DNA of 63,926 nt, counting the filler, from Octopus bimaculoides (taxonomy: Eukaryota), in NCBI RefSeq assembly GCF_001194135.2. It is 8 parts of 8 records of this genome, joined end to end, with 100 filler letters (N's around TTAATTAATTAA, not from the genome) between each part and the next. Parts side by side here need not be neighbours in the genome. Positions count along the whole stretch, not along the records: positions 1 to 18,037 come from NC_068983.1; positions 18,138 to 42,573 come from NC_068981.1; 6 more parts are not named here. One strand, written 5' to 3'. Under the pieces are notes generated by a model. It saw only the letters and a program-made list of their open reading frames with translations, did no database searches and was not told the origin of the DNA. The position numbers and the translations under genes were made by a program. This document shows, piece after piece, positions 13,011-25,715 of this stretch. The stretch's first letter is position 1. Each line of letters begins with the position of its first letter.

Positions 13011-14236
13011 CACGTAATAGTTGTAAATAGACACCCTTATAATCATTAAAATTTATCAAAATCTGAAATTATACATTCAAATTGTTTGATAATAGTTATT
13101 ATGTAAATATTTAATATTTAGTAGACATTCCCTTTGCATTTCTCAATGGAAGGACCTTATTAGGCATGTTTCTTATCAGATGACGAATATTCTCTTGCAG
13201 AATTTCTTGCCATGTTTCATGCAGTAATTTCAAAAGATCTGGCTTTGAAGATGCTTTTTTGTTCTTTTTATGAAGTATCTTGTCCATTATTTCCCAGAGG
13301 TGTTCAATGGGGTTCATATCTGGTGGCTGGTTTGGCCATGAAAGCGTTTTAATGCCATTCTCAACCAACAAATCTTGAGTCATTTTAGTGGTGTGACAAG
13401 GAACCCCATCTTCCATAAATAGTCTTCTTTAACCATTTCACCACTGGAGAAGATTGGAAGGAGTACTCTCTGCAATATGGACATGTATTTATCTGAGTTT
13501 ATGTTTCCCTTACACTCCATCAGCTTTGATCAACTATTGCTCCAAATTGCTCCCCAGACCATCATTGAATCGATGCCGTGTTTCACTGTTGGCTGCAATC
13601 TTTTCACATCAAATTCTTGGTCACAGAGTCTCCAGACCCACAGTCGATCACACTCAGGAAATACAGTAAATCTGGGCTCATCAGAGAATATGACAGTGTC
13701 CCAAAATGCTACTGGCCTCTCCAACATCTCATTGGCCCAATCTTTTCTCCGCTTGATGTTGGCTGGTCGAAGAAGTGGCTTCCTTCTTGCTGCTCTGCTA
13801 TAGTAACCGAGTTTGTAGAGATATCTAACAGCTGTTCTGGGACTGACATCAACTTGTTCTGCTATGTCAGAGGTTTTGCAATGAAGATTATCCTCCACAC
13901 TTTTCTTAACAAAGAGAAGGCTCCGGTCAGAGGGCCCTGGTTGATCAGAGTGAGGTGATGTGGACTTCTTCCCTTCTCTGGTGAACTGCACAATCACTCT
14001 TATTAATTGTAGAAAGCAGGGTCCCAAGGTCTCCTGCGATTTTGCGCTATGCCCACATTCAGAATGACCCGCAATACGGCCTCTTTGAAATTCAGACAGT
14101 TCCAAGACTTCTTTTGTACATGGCATGATTAAACAGTAACATATAGAACCTGAAACATATAAATGTCAATTAATAAAAAATATAAACCCTTACAAGTTAG
14201 AATAAACATAAAACGGTGTTTTACTTCTGTCACGTG
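13011..14236 (-). mobile_element. Tc1-family DNA transposon (DD34E), about 1.2 kb, inactive
   Basis: Degenerate TIRs: cacgtaatagttgtaaatagacacc (13011-13035) versus the reverse complement cacgtgacagaagtaaaacacc (14215-14236). Contains the transposase remnant below. Confidence 0.85.
13111..14126 (-). pseudogene. Tc1 transposase pseudogene
   Basis: Motifs VIFSDEPRF, QPTVKHG..MMVWGAI, MEDGVPCH and WPNQPPDMNPIEHLW, with 34 residues between the second D and the E. There is a premature TGA at 13530 and a frameshift near 13417. Confidence 0.92.
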
Positions 14237-14252
14237 TGCGTGTGTGTGTGTG

Positions 14253-14323
<71 letters not shown>

Positions 14324-14700
14324 TATTTATATACATATATACATATTATTTACGCTTGTAATTTATATGAATAAAACAAACTACGTTTTTCTTTTATCCC
14401 CACCACCCAGTTGTAGATTTTCGGGTCAAAAAGAAAGTTTCCACAAAAACTTTCTCACCAAGAATTAAATTTTTATTCAAAGAGCGAAACAAAAATACAA
14501 TCTTTAATAATTCTCAAGTTGTCGAGAGAATTACTTTTAAGTGGATCCTCTTGAAATGTGAATGAAATTTGTAAAACAAACAAAATTCGTTATGATGGAA
14601 AGATACAAAGAAAAATATCACAAACAGAATTTCTATGTTTCTTAAGTGAGAAATAGTTTAGACTAAAGCAGGGATTCACACATTACGAAATAATACTTAC

Positions 14701-14823
14701 CAACAAGACACTAATGTTAACACCAACAGCAGTTGGCAACAGCAGCATAAGCAGTGCTAACAACTCAAATATATTGGCGCTGACGTCGGCAGAGAAACTT
14801 CTAACACGCCACTTTGGCGCCAT
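14701..14823 (-). CDS. Probable first coding exon of an unidentified secreted or type I membrane protein (signal peptide)
   Basis: GCCATGG Kozak context with an in-frame TAA 9 codons upstream. The 41 codons (MAPKWRVRSFSADVSANIFELLALLMLLLPTAVGVNISVLL) end at a canonical phase-0 donor TTG|GTAAGT. Basic n-region, Leu-rich h-region, A-V-G cleavage-like motif and an N-I-S sequon. Not in the ORF track (too short). Confidence 0.65.
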
Positions 14824-17599
14824 GGCAGGGCGGGCAATGATGTTTGAGTTTTAGTAAAACGATCAAGGAACTCAGTATATGCACACATTCACATTACATC
14901 CGCGCCCGCACAGCCTACACATACTTAGGCACACTCACACATACGCACACAATTTTACTCTTCCCATCTCCCTTTGCATGTGTATTTCTGTTTTGATCTT
15001 CATTTTCTCTTTTTATTTCACTAGCGCACTTAAATACACTCTTATAATATAATAGAATGTACACTAATAAAAGGTTAATGTTTAAAATATTGCATTAGTT
15101 ATGATTATTATTTTCAATATTTTTATTGGAATTAATTCTTAAAAGCTTAGGGAAGTCAAAGTTCCAAAAACTGGTGGGATGTAAAGTGTTGTAGTGTAAT
15201 TAATTAAATGGAAGAGAATCAGAAGTAAAATTATATAGAACTTCGAGGTTGTTGCTAACCCACTTCCAGCTGCGATTAAAGAGAGTGTCTCAGCAATGGG
15301 CTTTTAACGGGAAGTGAGGAGTGTTCCTATTTCAATAAAAAAAATTTTAAAAATTCCGAACTACAGAAAACACACTTTTGTGTTATTGTAAGTCTTATTG
15401 TATACTTGCGTAACAGTGAGTTGTTTAATACATATTTCAATAGAAACAACCTTCCGCATTCCGAAAAAAAAGCGAAAGTTTTCTTTGGCCGTTTATGATA
15501 CAGCATTATCAGTTAACAAGTCTGTCGGAACTGTGATTTTAAAACGAAATGATATCGATCAGTTATCTTTCTTATTCCGGTATACAATATTTATTCCAGT
15601 ATACAATATTTCTGTTCAGAAAAGGCAAGTGGTAGTTTAATTACATTTACTTTTTTACGGTTGACAGATACGTGTTTCTAGGAAGGTCGACAGCTTGCTT
15701 TTGTCCGAGACTTTATGTGATTTATTGACAAGATGAGTAAATATACACAAGAAGAACAGCGTTGAGGATATTATCTGATTGTCAGGATTTATCTATATAT
15801 ATAACATTGTTTTTCATACTTCAAGCAGTACAGTTGGTATTTTGCAAATAGACGTCCTCTTGATTTTACAAATGTTAAATTCGTAGGCGAATATTTGATA
15901 AATGGATTGTTTGAACTATACTTTAGGTTTTCTTTTTTGTTTGTGTATGAGATCGGGTAATATGCTGACGATAAAACCAAAGAACCTAACAAATAATTTC
16001 ATTATAATTCATTGCTTACTAAATATATTCTAAGTAAAACTTGTTTGTAGTTCAGAATCACGAGTTTTCTCCACCTTATTGTTATTAATCCAGCTGTTAA
16101 ACTTTAAATGAACTGTCATTTAAATTTAGAAAATGTCGTGTGTAAATTAGTAACCTAACTTTATAGAAACTATTTTTCAATTCAATGATCAGCATTTTGT
16201 TTCTACTTATCCTGAGACTTTCTTTTAATATATGAACAGAGATCACTAGCTATTCGTCTTGAAATAGAAAAAGTAACACTTCAGACGATTCTTTATAATA
16301 CCATATCTGATATAATCATCGAGATTCGTGCAAGTTTAATCTACTAAACATTGACGTAGATTAATTCATAATCTATTTATTAGAACCTGTCGAACAGAAA
16401 TCAATTATAGATTTGTATTGAAATTGTGTCAATGACTAGATTATAGGAGTGCAGCGAAAATTCCGGCATGTCATGAAATAAATAAAAAGTAAATTTAACA
16501 GTTTTAGCGCATTATATTATATCTTTTAAATGGCTCTTCTACGACTGAATTACTACCATAACAAAGTAAACTTAAATTCAATGTTTATCAGCACAAAGAA
16601 CCAGATCTTATTTTTCGAAATATACAATACAAAATGGGTTTAGAAGTGGAAACATTTATATTTCAATAAAATCTATTCACCAAAACAATCTTATATGAAC
16701 CATATAAAAGTAATTCATGTTGTTCCTTCTATTTTATCTCTAACAACCTCATCTCCCTAGTATTTCACAGGTTTTATTACGGTCACATTAAAGAGCTGCC
16801 AAGGTCGATAGGTTGTCGAACTATTTGTAAAAGAATTGATGATTTATATTGCCTTAAGTGACATTACTCTATCTTTTACTTCTTCAAGCGGCTACAATCG
16901 AAAAGCGTCTCACGATTTTATGCTAGGAATTTATGTTAACCATTAGCTTTGGTACATCTTCAGTTGCATGTCGTGTGTCTATACTAATAACATCGATATA
17001 GTTGAGTGATTTTTATCCGTTATTAAGGAGTGAAAATCTCCAAAATATAACACCACACATGACCTGTCATTCAGCACGGTGGTAATGGCTAGTAAAACCT
17101 ACCTTGCATTCAGCAACAATAGCAGAGTTGGATGAATTTCGTCCTTAAATCTCCACACTGAGGTTTCGTGTTCACATCATGAAATGTTTTAAGCTCTCAA
17201 GCAAAATCTCGTTGGTATACATACCATCAAGGTGATCTGAAAGCTCTTTCTACATAGTCTAGCTTTCGGCTCCATAGAGAAGAATGATCTCTCTACACTA
17301 GTTCTATGACCAAGATTTAACCACCTAACATTGAAAAAAGATATGAACAAGTACGTCTTAACACTTTTAACAGAAGAGAACTGCATGATTTGTTAATATT
17401 TCGTTAAAATTCGTTGGTTACATTAATTTGTTCTATTGAGCTGAAGATAGTGTAAAAAAGTTATGTACTCGTCTTCGGGGCAGGCTTTTTTTATCTCTTT
17501 TCTCCGTTTCTGATCAGCAATGGCTCTTGTTATCATCAGTGTATAATGGCTACTGTGGAGCAACCCATACTAATAATAATAATAATATTAATAATAATA

Positions 17600-17840
17600 G
17601 TGGTTTCAAATTTTCCCACAATGGCAGCCATTTTGGGGGAGGGGATAAGTCGATTACATCAACCCCTGTGTTTTATTGGTACTTAATTCAGCGACCCCGA
17701 AAGGATGAAAGGCAAAGTCGACTTCGCTGGTGGGCTAACGATTTTGCAGCTCGCCGCCTTTAATAATAATAATCTTTTCTACTTTAGGCACAAGGCCCAG
17801 AATTTTGGGGGAAGGGGCCAGTGGATTAGAGAAGAAGAAG

Positions 17841-17871
<31 letters not shown>

Positions 17872-18037
17872 CGACGACGACGAAGAAGAAGAAAAAGAAA
17901 GAAGAAGAAGAAGTTTTTCAAATTTTGTCACAGGGGCAGCCATTTTGAGGGAGGAGGCCAGTCGATTACATCGACTCCAGTATTTCACTGGTACTTAATT
18001 TATTATTGACTCCGAAATGATGAAAAGCAAAGTTGAC
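17600..18037 (-). mobile_element. Cluster of three partial SINE family B copies separated by (AAT)n and (GAA)n
   Basis: Recurrent ggtttcaaatttt...gggggagggg...agtcgattacatc(g/a)ac at about 17600, 17775 and 17912. Confidence 0.8.
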
Positions 18038-18137
18038 NNNNNNNNNNNNNNNNNNNNNNNNNNNNNNNNNNNNNNNNNNNNTTAATTAATTAANNNNNNN
18101 NNNNNNNNNNNNNNNNNNNNNNNNNNNNNNNNNNNNN
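18038..18137. other. Artificial scaffold-join spacer (44 N + TTAATTAATTAA + 44 N); identical spacers at 42574, 46941, 53148, 58122, 60489 and 62427
   Basis: Seven exact copies, each 100 bp long. The 12-mer puts stop codons in all six frames. Confidence 0.95.
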
Positions 18138-18179
18138 ATTTGACATGAGTGTTTTTGTTTCACTTTTGACACGTAATAC

Positions 18180-18386
18180 TTAAATAGTGGAGGGGATATT
18201 ATGTTGCCGTGGGCTCGAACTCTGCAAGAAGTAAAAATTTTTTTTTTGACTAAAACACAACTGGAACCCTAAGTAAGGCATCTGTAAAATTTGAATGAAA
18301 TTGGTTGCGTAGTTCTCGAGTTTTAGGGATTCACACACACACACACACAGACAGACAGACACACATTCTCATTTTTATATATATAG
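18180..18386 (-). mobile_element. Non-autonomous Helitron-like 5' end
   Basis: The minus strand begins ctatatatataaaaatgagaatg, followed by a (GTCT)/(GT) microsatellite and aaaactcgagaactacgcaaccaatttcattcaaatttt, the usual layout of such elements. Confidence 0.5.
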
Positions 18387-18975
18387 TTTTTAATGGTGTG
18401 ACTTGAAGTAGCTAATGCTGTAGCATGTAGAATATTGGGTAAAAAAAACCATTGGATAAAAAATGCCAATGGCTGTCTGTGGAACACGAATCCATGTCTG
18501 TAAACATGACAGATGTTCTACCATTATACCATAGCAACCCTTTAAATTTTCTCCATTTTCCATCCAGTTTAGAAGTTTTGTTCTTATCAGCAAAAATTGT
18601 TTGTTTTGAGAGATATAAGATAAAACATTTTTAATGGTAAAACTTGAAATAGAGAAAGCTAAATAATTAGTGCATAAAATATTGGGTAAAAAGCTCCTGG
18701 TATGGAAAAACTTGAAAAACTTGAAAAATTGCTTGTGAGACATGCATTTCTTACAAGTAAGAACAGTGCTTCTAAATTGGGTGGATAAAACTTTAAGGGT
18801 TGTTTTTGTACATTGGTAGAATTTTTATCATGTTTTACAAAATTTGGTTTGACTTTTTCATTCCAAAGGGTGTTTTTCATGCTATTATTTATAGCTTTAT
18901 CTATTTCTGCCATTAAAAATTATTTATTTCATATTACTTGAAGTTTCTAAATCCTTATGATGTAAGCAATGTTTA

Positions 18976-19450
18976 TCTCTAATATATAAAACAGAGATGT
19001 CCGTGTATTCGCTCTTCACGTGAAATCGACTTCACCAAATGCTTCCATACTTGTGATGCATGAATAATTTGACCTTGGATAAATGTTAGTCTCTTCATTT
19101 GATTTTTTAAATTAAAAATAAATAATATTGCTTTATATTTATGATCCACTTCTTTAAAAAGGTTCCTCAATGCCAACTTCCGGTATTGACGTAACAACGG
19201 CAAAAAGCTTCACTCTATTTTGACGTTTTTGTACCAAAAGCTTACATACTTGTGATGCAATGTCAACTTCCGGTATTGACGTAGCAATGGCAAAAAGCTT
19301 CACTCACTATTTTGACGTTTCTGTGTATTCGCTTTTCAAGTGAAATCAACTTCACCAAATGCTTCCATACTTGTGATGCATGAATAATTTGACCTCGGAT
19401 AAATGTTAGGCTCTTCATATTTATGATTCACTTCTTTAAAAAGGTTCGAA
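18976..19450 (+). mobile_element. Non-autonomous Helitron-like element with internal A-B-B-A duplication
   Basis: A|TCTCTAATATATAAAA start. A ~100-bp unit occurs at 19001-19100 and 19321-19420, and a ~60-bp unit at 19171-19230 and 19261-19320. Confidence 0.55.
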
Positions 19451-19558
19451 ATATTTACTAAGTCCACAAATTTAAACATTCCGTACAAGAGCTTTTATTT
19501 ATACGACTTTTTCATTTCATGTTTATTTCATTCATTCTTCGCAATATTCTCTCTCTCA

Positions 19559-19591
<33 letters not shown>

Positions 19592-19719
19592 GCACACACA
19601 AAGATGTATGCATATTTATGCATGTACGTATACATGACAACAAACCTCTCTCTCTATCATTCTCTCTCTCTGTCACACACACACACACAAACGTCCATTT
19701 CATCTGATGTGTGATACTC

Positions 19720-19758
<39 letters not shown>

Positions 19759-20513
19759 ATGTGTGCATGCGTGGGGGGTTCTACAATCGCCATTTATTTC
19801 AATTACTCTTGTGAGGATATTCACGTAAATCATTTTTTCATTTAATCCCCATTTTAATTTTCGTAAAAGTTTCCAAGTACCAATGAGGTTTTTGGCGCAT
19901 CTTCAATTTTCCCATTCATGAGAGGCGCCCAGCCATCATTCATCTGAGAGTCCATCTACAGAATGTCCTCAAATTTCTATNNNNNNNNNNNNNNNNNNNN
20001 NNNNNNNNNNNNNNNNNNNNNNNNNNNNNNNNNNNNNNNNNNNNNNNNNNNNNNNNNNNNNNNNNNNNNNNNNNNNNNNNNNNNNNNNNNNNNNNNNNNN
20101 NNNNNNNNNNNNNNNNNNNNNNNNNNNNNNNNNNNNNNNNNNNNNNNNNNNNNNNNNNNNNNNNNNNNNNNNNNNNNNNNNNNNNNNNNNNNNNNNNNNN
20201 NNNNNNNNNNNNNNNNNNNNNNNNNNNNNNNNNNNNNNNNNNNNNNNNNNNNNNNNNNNNNNNNNNNNNNNNNNNNNNNNNNNNNNNNNNNNNNNNNNNN
20301 NNNNNNNNNNNNNNNNNNNNNNNNNNNNNNNNNNNNNNNNNNNNNNNNNNNNNNNNNNNNNNNNNNNNNNNNNNNNNNNNNNNNNNNNNNNNNNNNNNNN
20401 NNNNNNNNNNNNNNNNNNNNNNNNNNNNNNNNNNNNNAAAAAAAAAAAAAAAAAAAATAAGTCAAGTCCATTTCTTACAATGAACTTATTTTGCCACTGT
20501 TTGATATTGGTAG

Positions 20514-20708
20514 GTACTGATGAGAGCATTACGAGATTTCAACATCCCTAAAATTGTGACTGATGATTATCCAGTTTTCATGGGACTTATAAGTGATCTC
20601 TTCCCTTCCTTGGATGTACCGCGGAAACGTAACATTGAATTTGAGAAGAATATAAAACAGGCTATATTAGATCAGAAATTGCAACCAGAAGAAAGCTTTG
20701 TTCTTAAA
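20514..20708 (+). CDS. DNAH17-like: Axonemal dynein heavy chain, outer-arm beta type (DNAH9/11/17 family), internal exon, AAA1-AAA2 region
   Basis: tag|GTA acceptor and AAA|gtaagt donor. The 195 nt encode [65 protein letters not shown], the hallmark sequence of beta-type dynein heavy chains. The exact paralogue is not resolvable by eye. Confidence 0.95.
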
Positions 20709-22006
20709 GTAAGTATTGAATTTTCTTGTATGTGTCCAATAATTTGAAATGAGTATTATTTCAAACATATTTTCTTAACACCATAGTCATTTTTATAGAA
20801 GAATTATATGATTCAGCTATTGCATTTAATTTATCAAGCTAGGAGGTATAAGAAGTGAAGGTAAACCTTGAATGATTTGAACATGATATAGTAAGATATT
20901 AAAGTAATTATTTCAAATTATCTTTTAATTCTGATCCTCTACTTTTTGTGTCATTTTTAAAAAAAATAACTATTTTAGTATCATATTTAGTGATCAAGAT
21001 GCCAATCCATAGTGAGTGTTACAGAGATTGTTTGTATAACTCAAGTAGAACCAGCATTACACAGTATATTTTAAAGCACAGATTATTTGGTTTTGCTTGC
21101 ATTGGCAAAAGATGTGTGTGCATGCGCATGCACACACACTAGTTTCTACATCATCTCTGTATGCCAAATTCCACTTAGAAGATATTGCTCAGCATGAAGT
21201 TATGGTATAAAACACATGCCTAAGACAATGCATTTTAGTAGCATACTCTAAGCCTCAAGATTGTCGAGAAAATTTCTGCACAACTATGTTTGGTACCTCT
21301 TGTTACATACACAAAGAAAGACAATATTTGTTTACAGGGAAGGGTAAGGTTTGAAATATAAATAATCATTTGAGAAATTATATAATAGCTGAGGGTTCAA
21401 CCTACTGGGTTGCCTGGTGATTGCTGTATCCAAGTTGATATTTCATAGCTAGTCTGCTCTCTTTGCTACATTGTAAATGCTATTTCTGGCTAAAACAAGC
21501 CAATAACACAGATTAAACATGCTACTCCTGATATGTCATTGCATATCAGGAAATTGGGCTTCAACATATGAAAACTAGAGAGTCAGATCATTAAACCAGA
21601 AAATAAAAGCTTTCAGCTTTTACGTCTCTGAAGCAAACCTTTTCATTTGAAGGATATATGGTTTCAGCCATCATATCAATATCACAGATTTGTTAGAACA
21701 CAAATTTGGAAGATTTCATAGCTGTTACTAGAAAAATAAAACGTCTTTAGAAATATTTATGCCATTGAATATAGATTGTAATACATGTATAATGATCCTA
21801 GAAATACCCCTTTCTCAAACAAAATGCAGAAAGATAGGAAATGAACAGTTATCCACAAACAGAACATTATCGTATTGTATAGAATAAATTGGTATGTATG
21901 AAAGCAACTATTCAGTATTGCAAACTAACAAAGCTACACCAATCCATGTACTATGAAAAGTTAAGAGTGTAAAACAGACCCAGTACAGTTGACAATGAGA
22001 TAAATA

Positions 22007-23293
22007 TGAGGTGGTATCAAAAAGTTCCCGGACTAGTTATGTTGAATAAAAATAACTTACTTACCTAAGTTTTAACATTATCTCCTTCAAAATAGTCACC
22101 TAATGCAGCAATACATCAGCCCCAGCGTTCTTAGCACTTTTGCAATCTGGCCTCAAAGTCATTTTCTATAAGTGAGTCAAAGACCTTCAGCAATCCACTC
22201 TTGATCTTGACAACAGTGTTAAAACAGTGACCTTTAAGCTGCATTTTCATCTTGGGAAGAGATGGAAGTCTACAGATGCTAAATCTGATGAATAGAGTAT
22301 GTACGGAAGTGATACCATGTTGATTTTGGTGAGAAATTCACGAGTGAGGAGAGCTTGGTAAAAGGGTGTGTTGTCATTATGAAGAATCCAATTTCTTATG
22401 CTCCACAGATCCAGTCGCTTTCACTGAATGTCCTCTTGCAGTAGAACTCTTGATTGACAGTCTGGCTCTGGGGGATAATTCTCAATGCACAATACCATAG
22501 ATGTCAAAAAAGACGATGACTATGCTCTTGATTGAGCTATGACTCTATCATGCCTTCTTCAGTCATGGAGTTGAAGGTCTTTTCCATTGTGATGACTGCT
22601 GCTTTGTCTTAGAGTCATACCTGTAGATCCAACTCACATCATCAGTGATGATCCTCAACATGAGGAATGGGTCATCAGTGGCACACTGATGGAGATCTTA
22701 ACAGATTTTGATGCAGTGTTCTTTTTGCTCAGTAGTCAGCAGGCTGGGGACAAACTTGGTAGAGACACAATGCATGTTCAATTCAAATGTTAGGATTGTC
22801 TGCACAGACCCATACGATAGACCAACTTCATCAGCAATATCATTGATTGTCCTCTGATGAACCTCATGCACAAGCTAATGAATTTTCTCCACATTTTTGG
22901 GAGTGACGCTCATAGCAGGTCTTCCAGATCGCTCATTGTCTTCCAGGGATGTTCTTCCACTTTTGGAGTGCCCATGCTACTTGAAACATTGTGTACAACC
23001 CATTGCCTCATTGCCGTAAGCTTGCTGAAGTATGCCCAATATTTCTGTTGAAGATTTCCCAAAGATAACGCAAAAGTTCACCTTGGCTCTTTGTTCCAAC
23101 TTCCTGTCCATGACAAAATTGCAGACTACAGTATATACATGATCACAAAAACACAAATTTCATGACTTTCAAAGTAAAAACAGCGATGACACTTGGCACA
23201 CTGCCTCATGAAGGTCACTGCTAGCTCTCACTGCACAAGCAACTGTGTGCTGCCACCTGTTGGTGTGCTACAGAACTTTTTGATACCACCTTG
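22007..23293 (-). mobile_element. Full-length (1287 bp) mariner-like element, decayed
   Basis: TIRs (t/c)(g/a)aggtggtatcaaaaagttc at both ends with TA duplication at 22005-6 and 23294-5. Minus-strand remnants include IITDDVSWIYRYDSKTKQQSSQW, YSSDLASVDFHLFP and RW..CIAALGDYFEGD (mariner YSPDLAPxD motif). Confidence 0.92.
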
Positions 23294-23867
23294 TATCTTG
23301 CAGAGGAAGATGTAAGACAAATAAAAATACAGATAGACTATCATTACAATACATTGAGACATAAAGAATTGATGTATACAGATCAAGGAATAAATCCATA
23401 GTAACTAAGCTCAGTTAATGAAAGGCTATTTCATTCCATTAAATCCATATGGGATCCACTTGCATATTTATATATAAATCAACTGAAATGATCTTTAAGA
23501 GCAACATATTTGGCATAAAACAGAAAAACATAAATTTTGTAAGTAGTTTATACTATAATTAGTTCATACTACATAAATAATTCATATTATAATTTTATAA
23601 ATAGTTCATTGTATTCATTAAGTTACACACCACCAAATTTATAATTACATAAGGAGACATAATTTTAATTTGATTATTTTTAATCAAATAAATTTAAAAA
23701 GAATGCTTACCCAAATCATCAGGAATCAGAAAACTGTTTATCAGAAAACTGTTACATGAGACAGAGAGAAAAAGATACCCAGAAGAAGTAAAAGTGAAAA
23801 ATTAAGTTAGACAAAAAAAATAAAAGAAATGTAATTATGTAAGTAAATATATATATATATATATATA

Positions 23868-24165
23868 TCATTATCACCATCGTTTAATGTTTGCCTTTCA
23901 TGCAGGAGTGGGTTGGACAGTTTGACAGAAGCTAGCCGAGTAGAAGACTACCTCAGGCTACTGTGTCTGTTTTGATAGGGTTTTTATGCCTGGATGCCTT
24001 TCCTAACATCAACCACTCTGCAGAGTGGACTGAATGCTTTTTACATGGTACCAGCACAGGCAAGGTTAGTTTTGGTTTGGATTTTACAGCTGGATGGCTT
24101 TCCAAAATGTCAACCACTTTGCAGTGTTGACTGGATACTTTTTATGTGGCACCAGCACTGGCAGG
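23868..24165 (-). mobile_element. RTE-LINE 3'-tail element (family C), partly tandem-duplicated
   Basis: (cat)n-cgtttaatg...catgc...ggatgcctttcctaac motif; the ggatg(c/g)ctttcc...aaccact segment occurs twice. Confidence 0.7.
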
Positions 24166-25029
24166 ATCACTAAGTAACTTGCAAGACAAAGAATTTTGAG
24201 AGGGGAAGGGGCATTGGAAGAGGGTTTTTTTTATGTCAGATGATGTAAGGCGAGAAGCAGAAACAAGTGTCTTGTTATAGAGGAGGGGGCTTTAGAGGAG
24301 GTGATCTTGTGTCAGATGATGAAAGATTAGGGTGTGACAGAGAGGCAGAAACTTGTGTCTTGCTATAGAGGAGGTACATGGTTACCTGGCCAGAGAAAGA
24401 GAGAAGTGACAGAAGATGAAGAGAGAGAGAGAGAGTGAAAGGAAGAGAGAGTGAGTGGGTGAGAGATAGGTACAAGAAAAAGGACAGAAACAGGTATGCT
24501 GGTGTAAAGGAGATACTTAGTTACCTAGCAAGAGAAGAGAGAAAGAGAGAGAGAGTTATCAAGAATGAGGGTAGAAACTGCTGTAGAGGAGATACATGGC
24601 TACCCAACCAGAGGGAAGAGCAAGGGAAAGAGAAAGAGAGTGAGAAACAGCAAAAGTGCAAGAGAGCAGGAGAGAGATGGTGAAGTGCTAAAGTATACTC
24701 ACAAGTAACAGAGATCAGAGCCTAGGTGGACTGGTAGAGTAAGGAAGAGAGAGATAAATGGTGGCAATTGCCAGGGCATGCCCTCAAGGTACGGAGGTCA
24801 TAATATATGCAGCCAGGTATTGCCAAGAAGGTGAAGTAGGGAGTGAGAATTGCAGTAACTTGTAGGAACCTGGGTATATAGAGGGGGAGGGGAGAGCAGC
24901 AATACAGTGAGCAGGCAGTGAGGGCAGAGATGGGGAGTAGGAGATAATAATGTTTGTAGAGGAAATGTGAGGAAGAAAAGATGCAGTTTAGAAGAGGAGA
25001 TGTAGTTTGGTTTCTTGGGGTAAGGTGCT

Positions 25030-25700
25030 TATTGTTCCTGCACACCTGCTACATATGAAAGTGACCTTATCTGTTAATCTACTTGTGATTCCACTGCATC
25101 TCTTATGTGTTTATAGCTTACACTGGGTGCAGCGAATGGAATTACTTCCTACTCTTTTCCCACATATTGAGTAGGGCCATTTACCTTACAGAATAGACTA
25201 AACAGAGCAGGAGGGTACACATGGATGAAAAAGGTTGCTGAAGAAATCACAAATGTGTGACGAAAGGTTTCTGGACAATGGTCATAAGATAAAATAAGAA
25301 CTGTAATAAACAAGTGAAGAACAAATATACAGTGTGTATGTGTTTATTTGGGGGAAAAAAAAAACCCATCCTGAAATATAACAATATCTGTTTCAACACA
25401 CGGTTTCATATGAGGAATCTTGCAACACAAATTCATAAATGTAATGGGACACAACACTTCTAGTACTTACTTTCGCTGCTGTGGGTGTGTCTTCTCTAGA
25501 AACTCATATCACCTGACATCTCAGTCCATTGTCCTTTCCTCCATTCTGAGATCAATCCTCACCACTTTATCCCATGTCTTCCTGGGTCTCCCTCTTCAAC
25601 AGGTACCATCCACTTCCAGTGACAGGCACTTCTTTATACAGCTGTCTTTACTCATACACATCACATTCTTCTCTCCTGCCTGCCAGATTTAATTCATCTT
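25030..25700 (-). mobile_element. Two RTE-type LINE ORF fragments
   Basis: 25030-25140 reads NSIRCTQCKL*THKRCSGITSRL..FICSRCAG (Cys-rich motif also at 29440). 25510-25700 reads DSCIKKCLSLEVDGTC*RGRPRKTWDKVV (RTE C-terminus). Confidence 0.8.
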
Positions 25701-25715
25701 ATGCATATATATATA

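Noticed and set aside
14701-20514. Signal-peptide gene nested antisense in a dynein intron
   Set aside because: The two lie in different blocks separated by the artificial spacer at 18038-18137, so adjacency is unproven.
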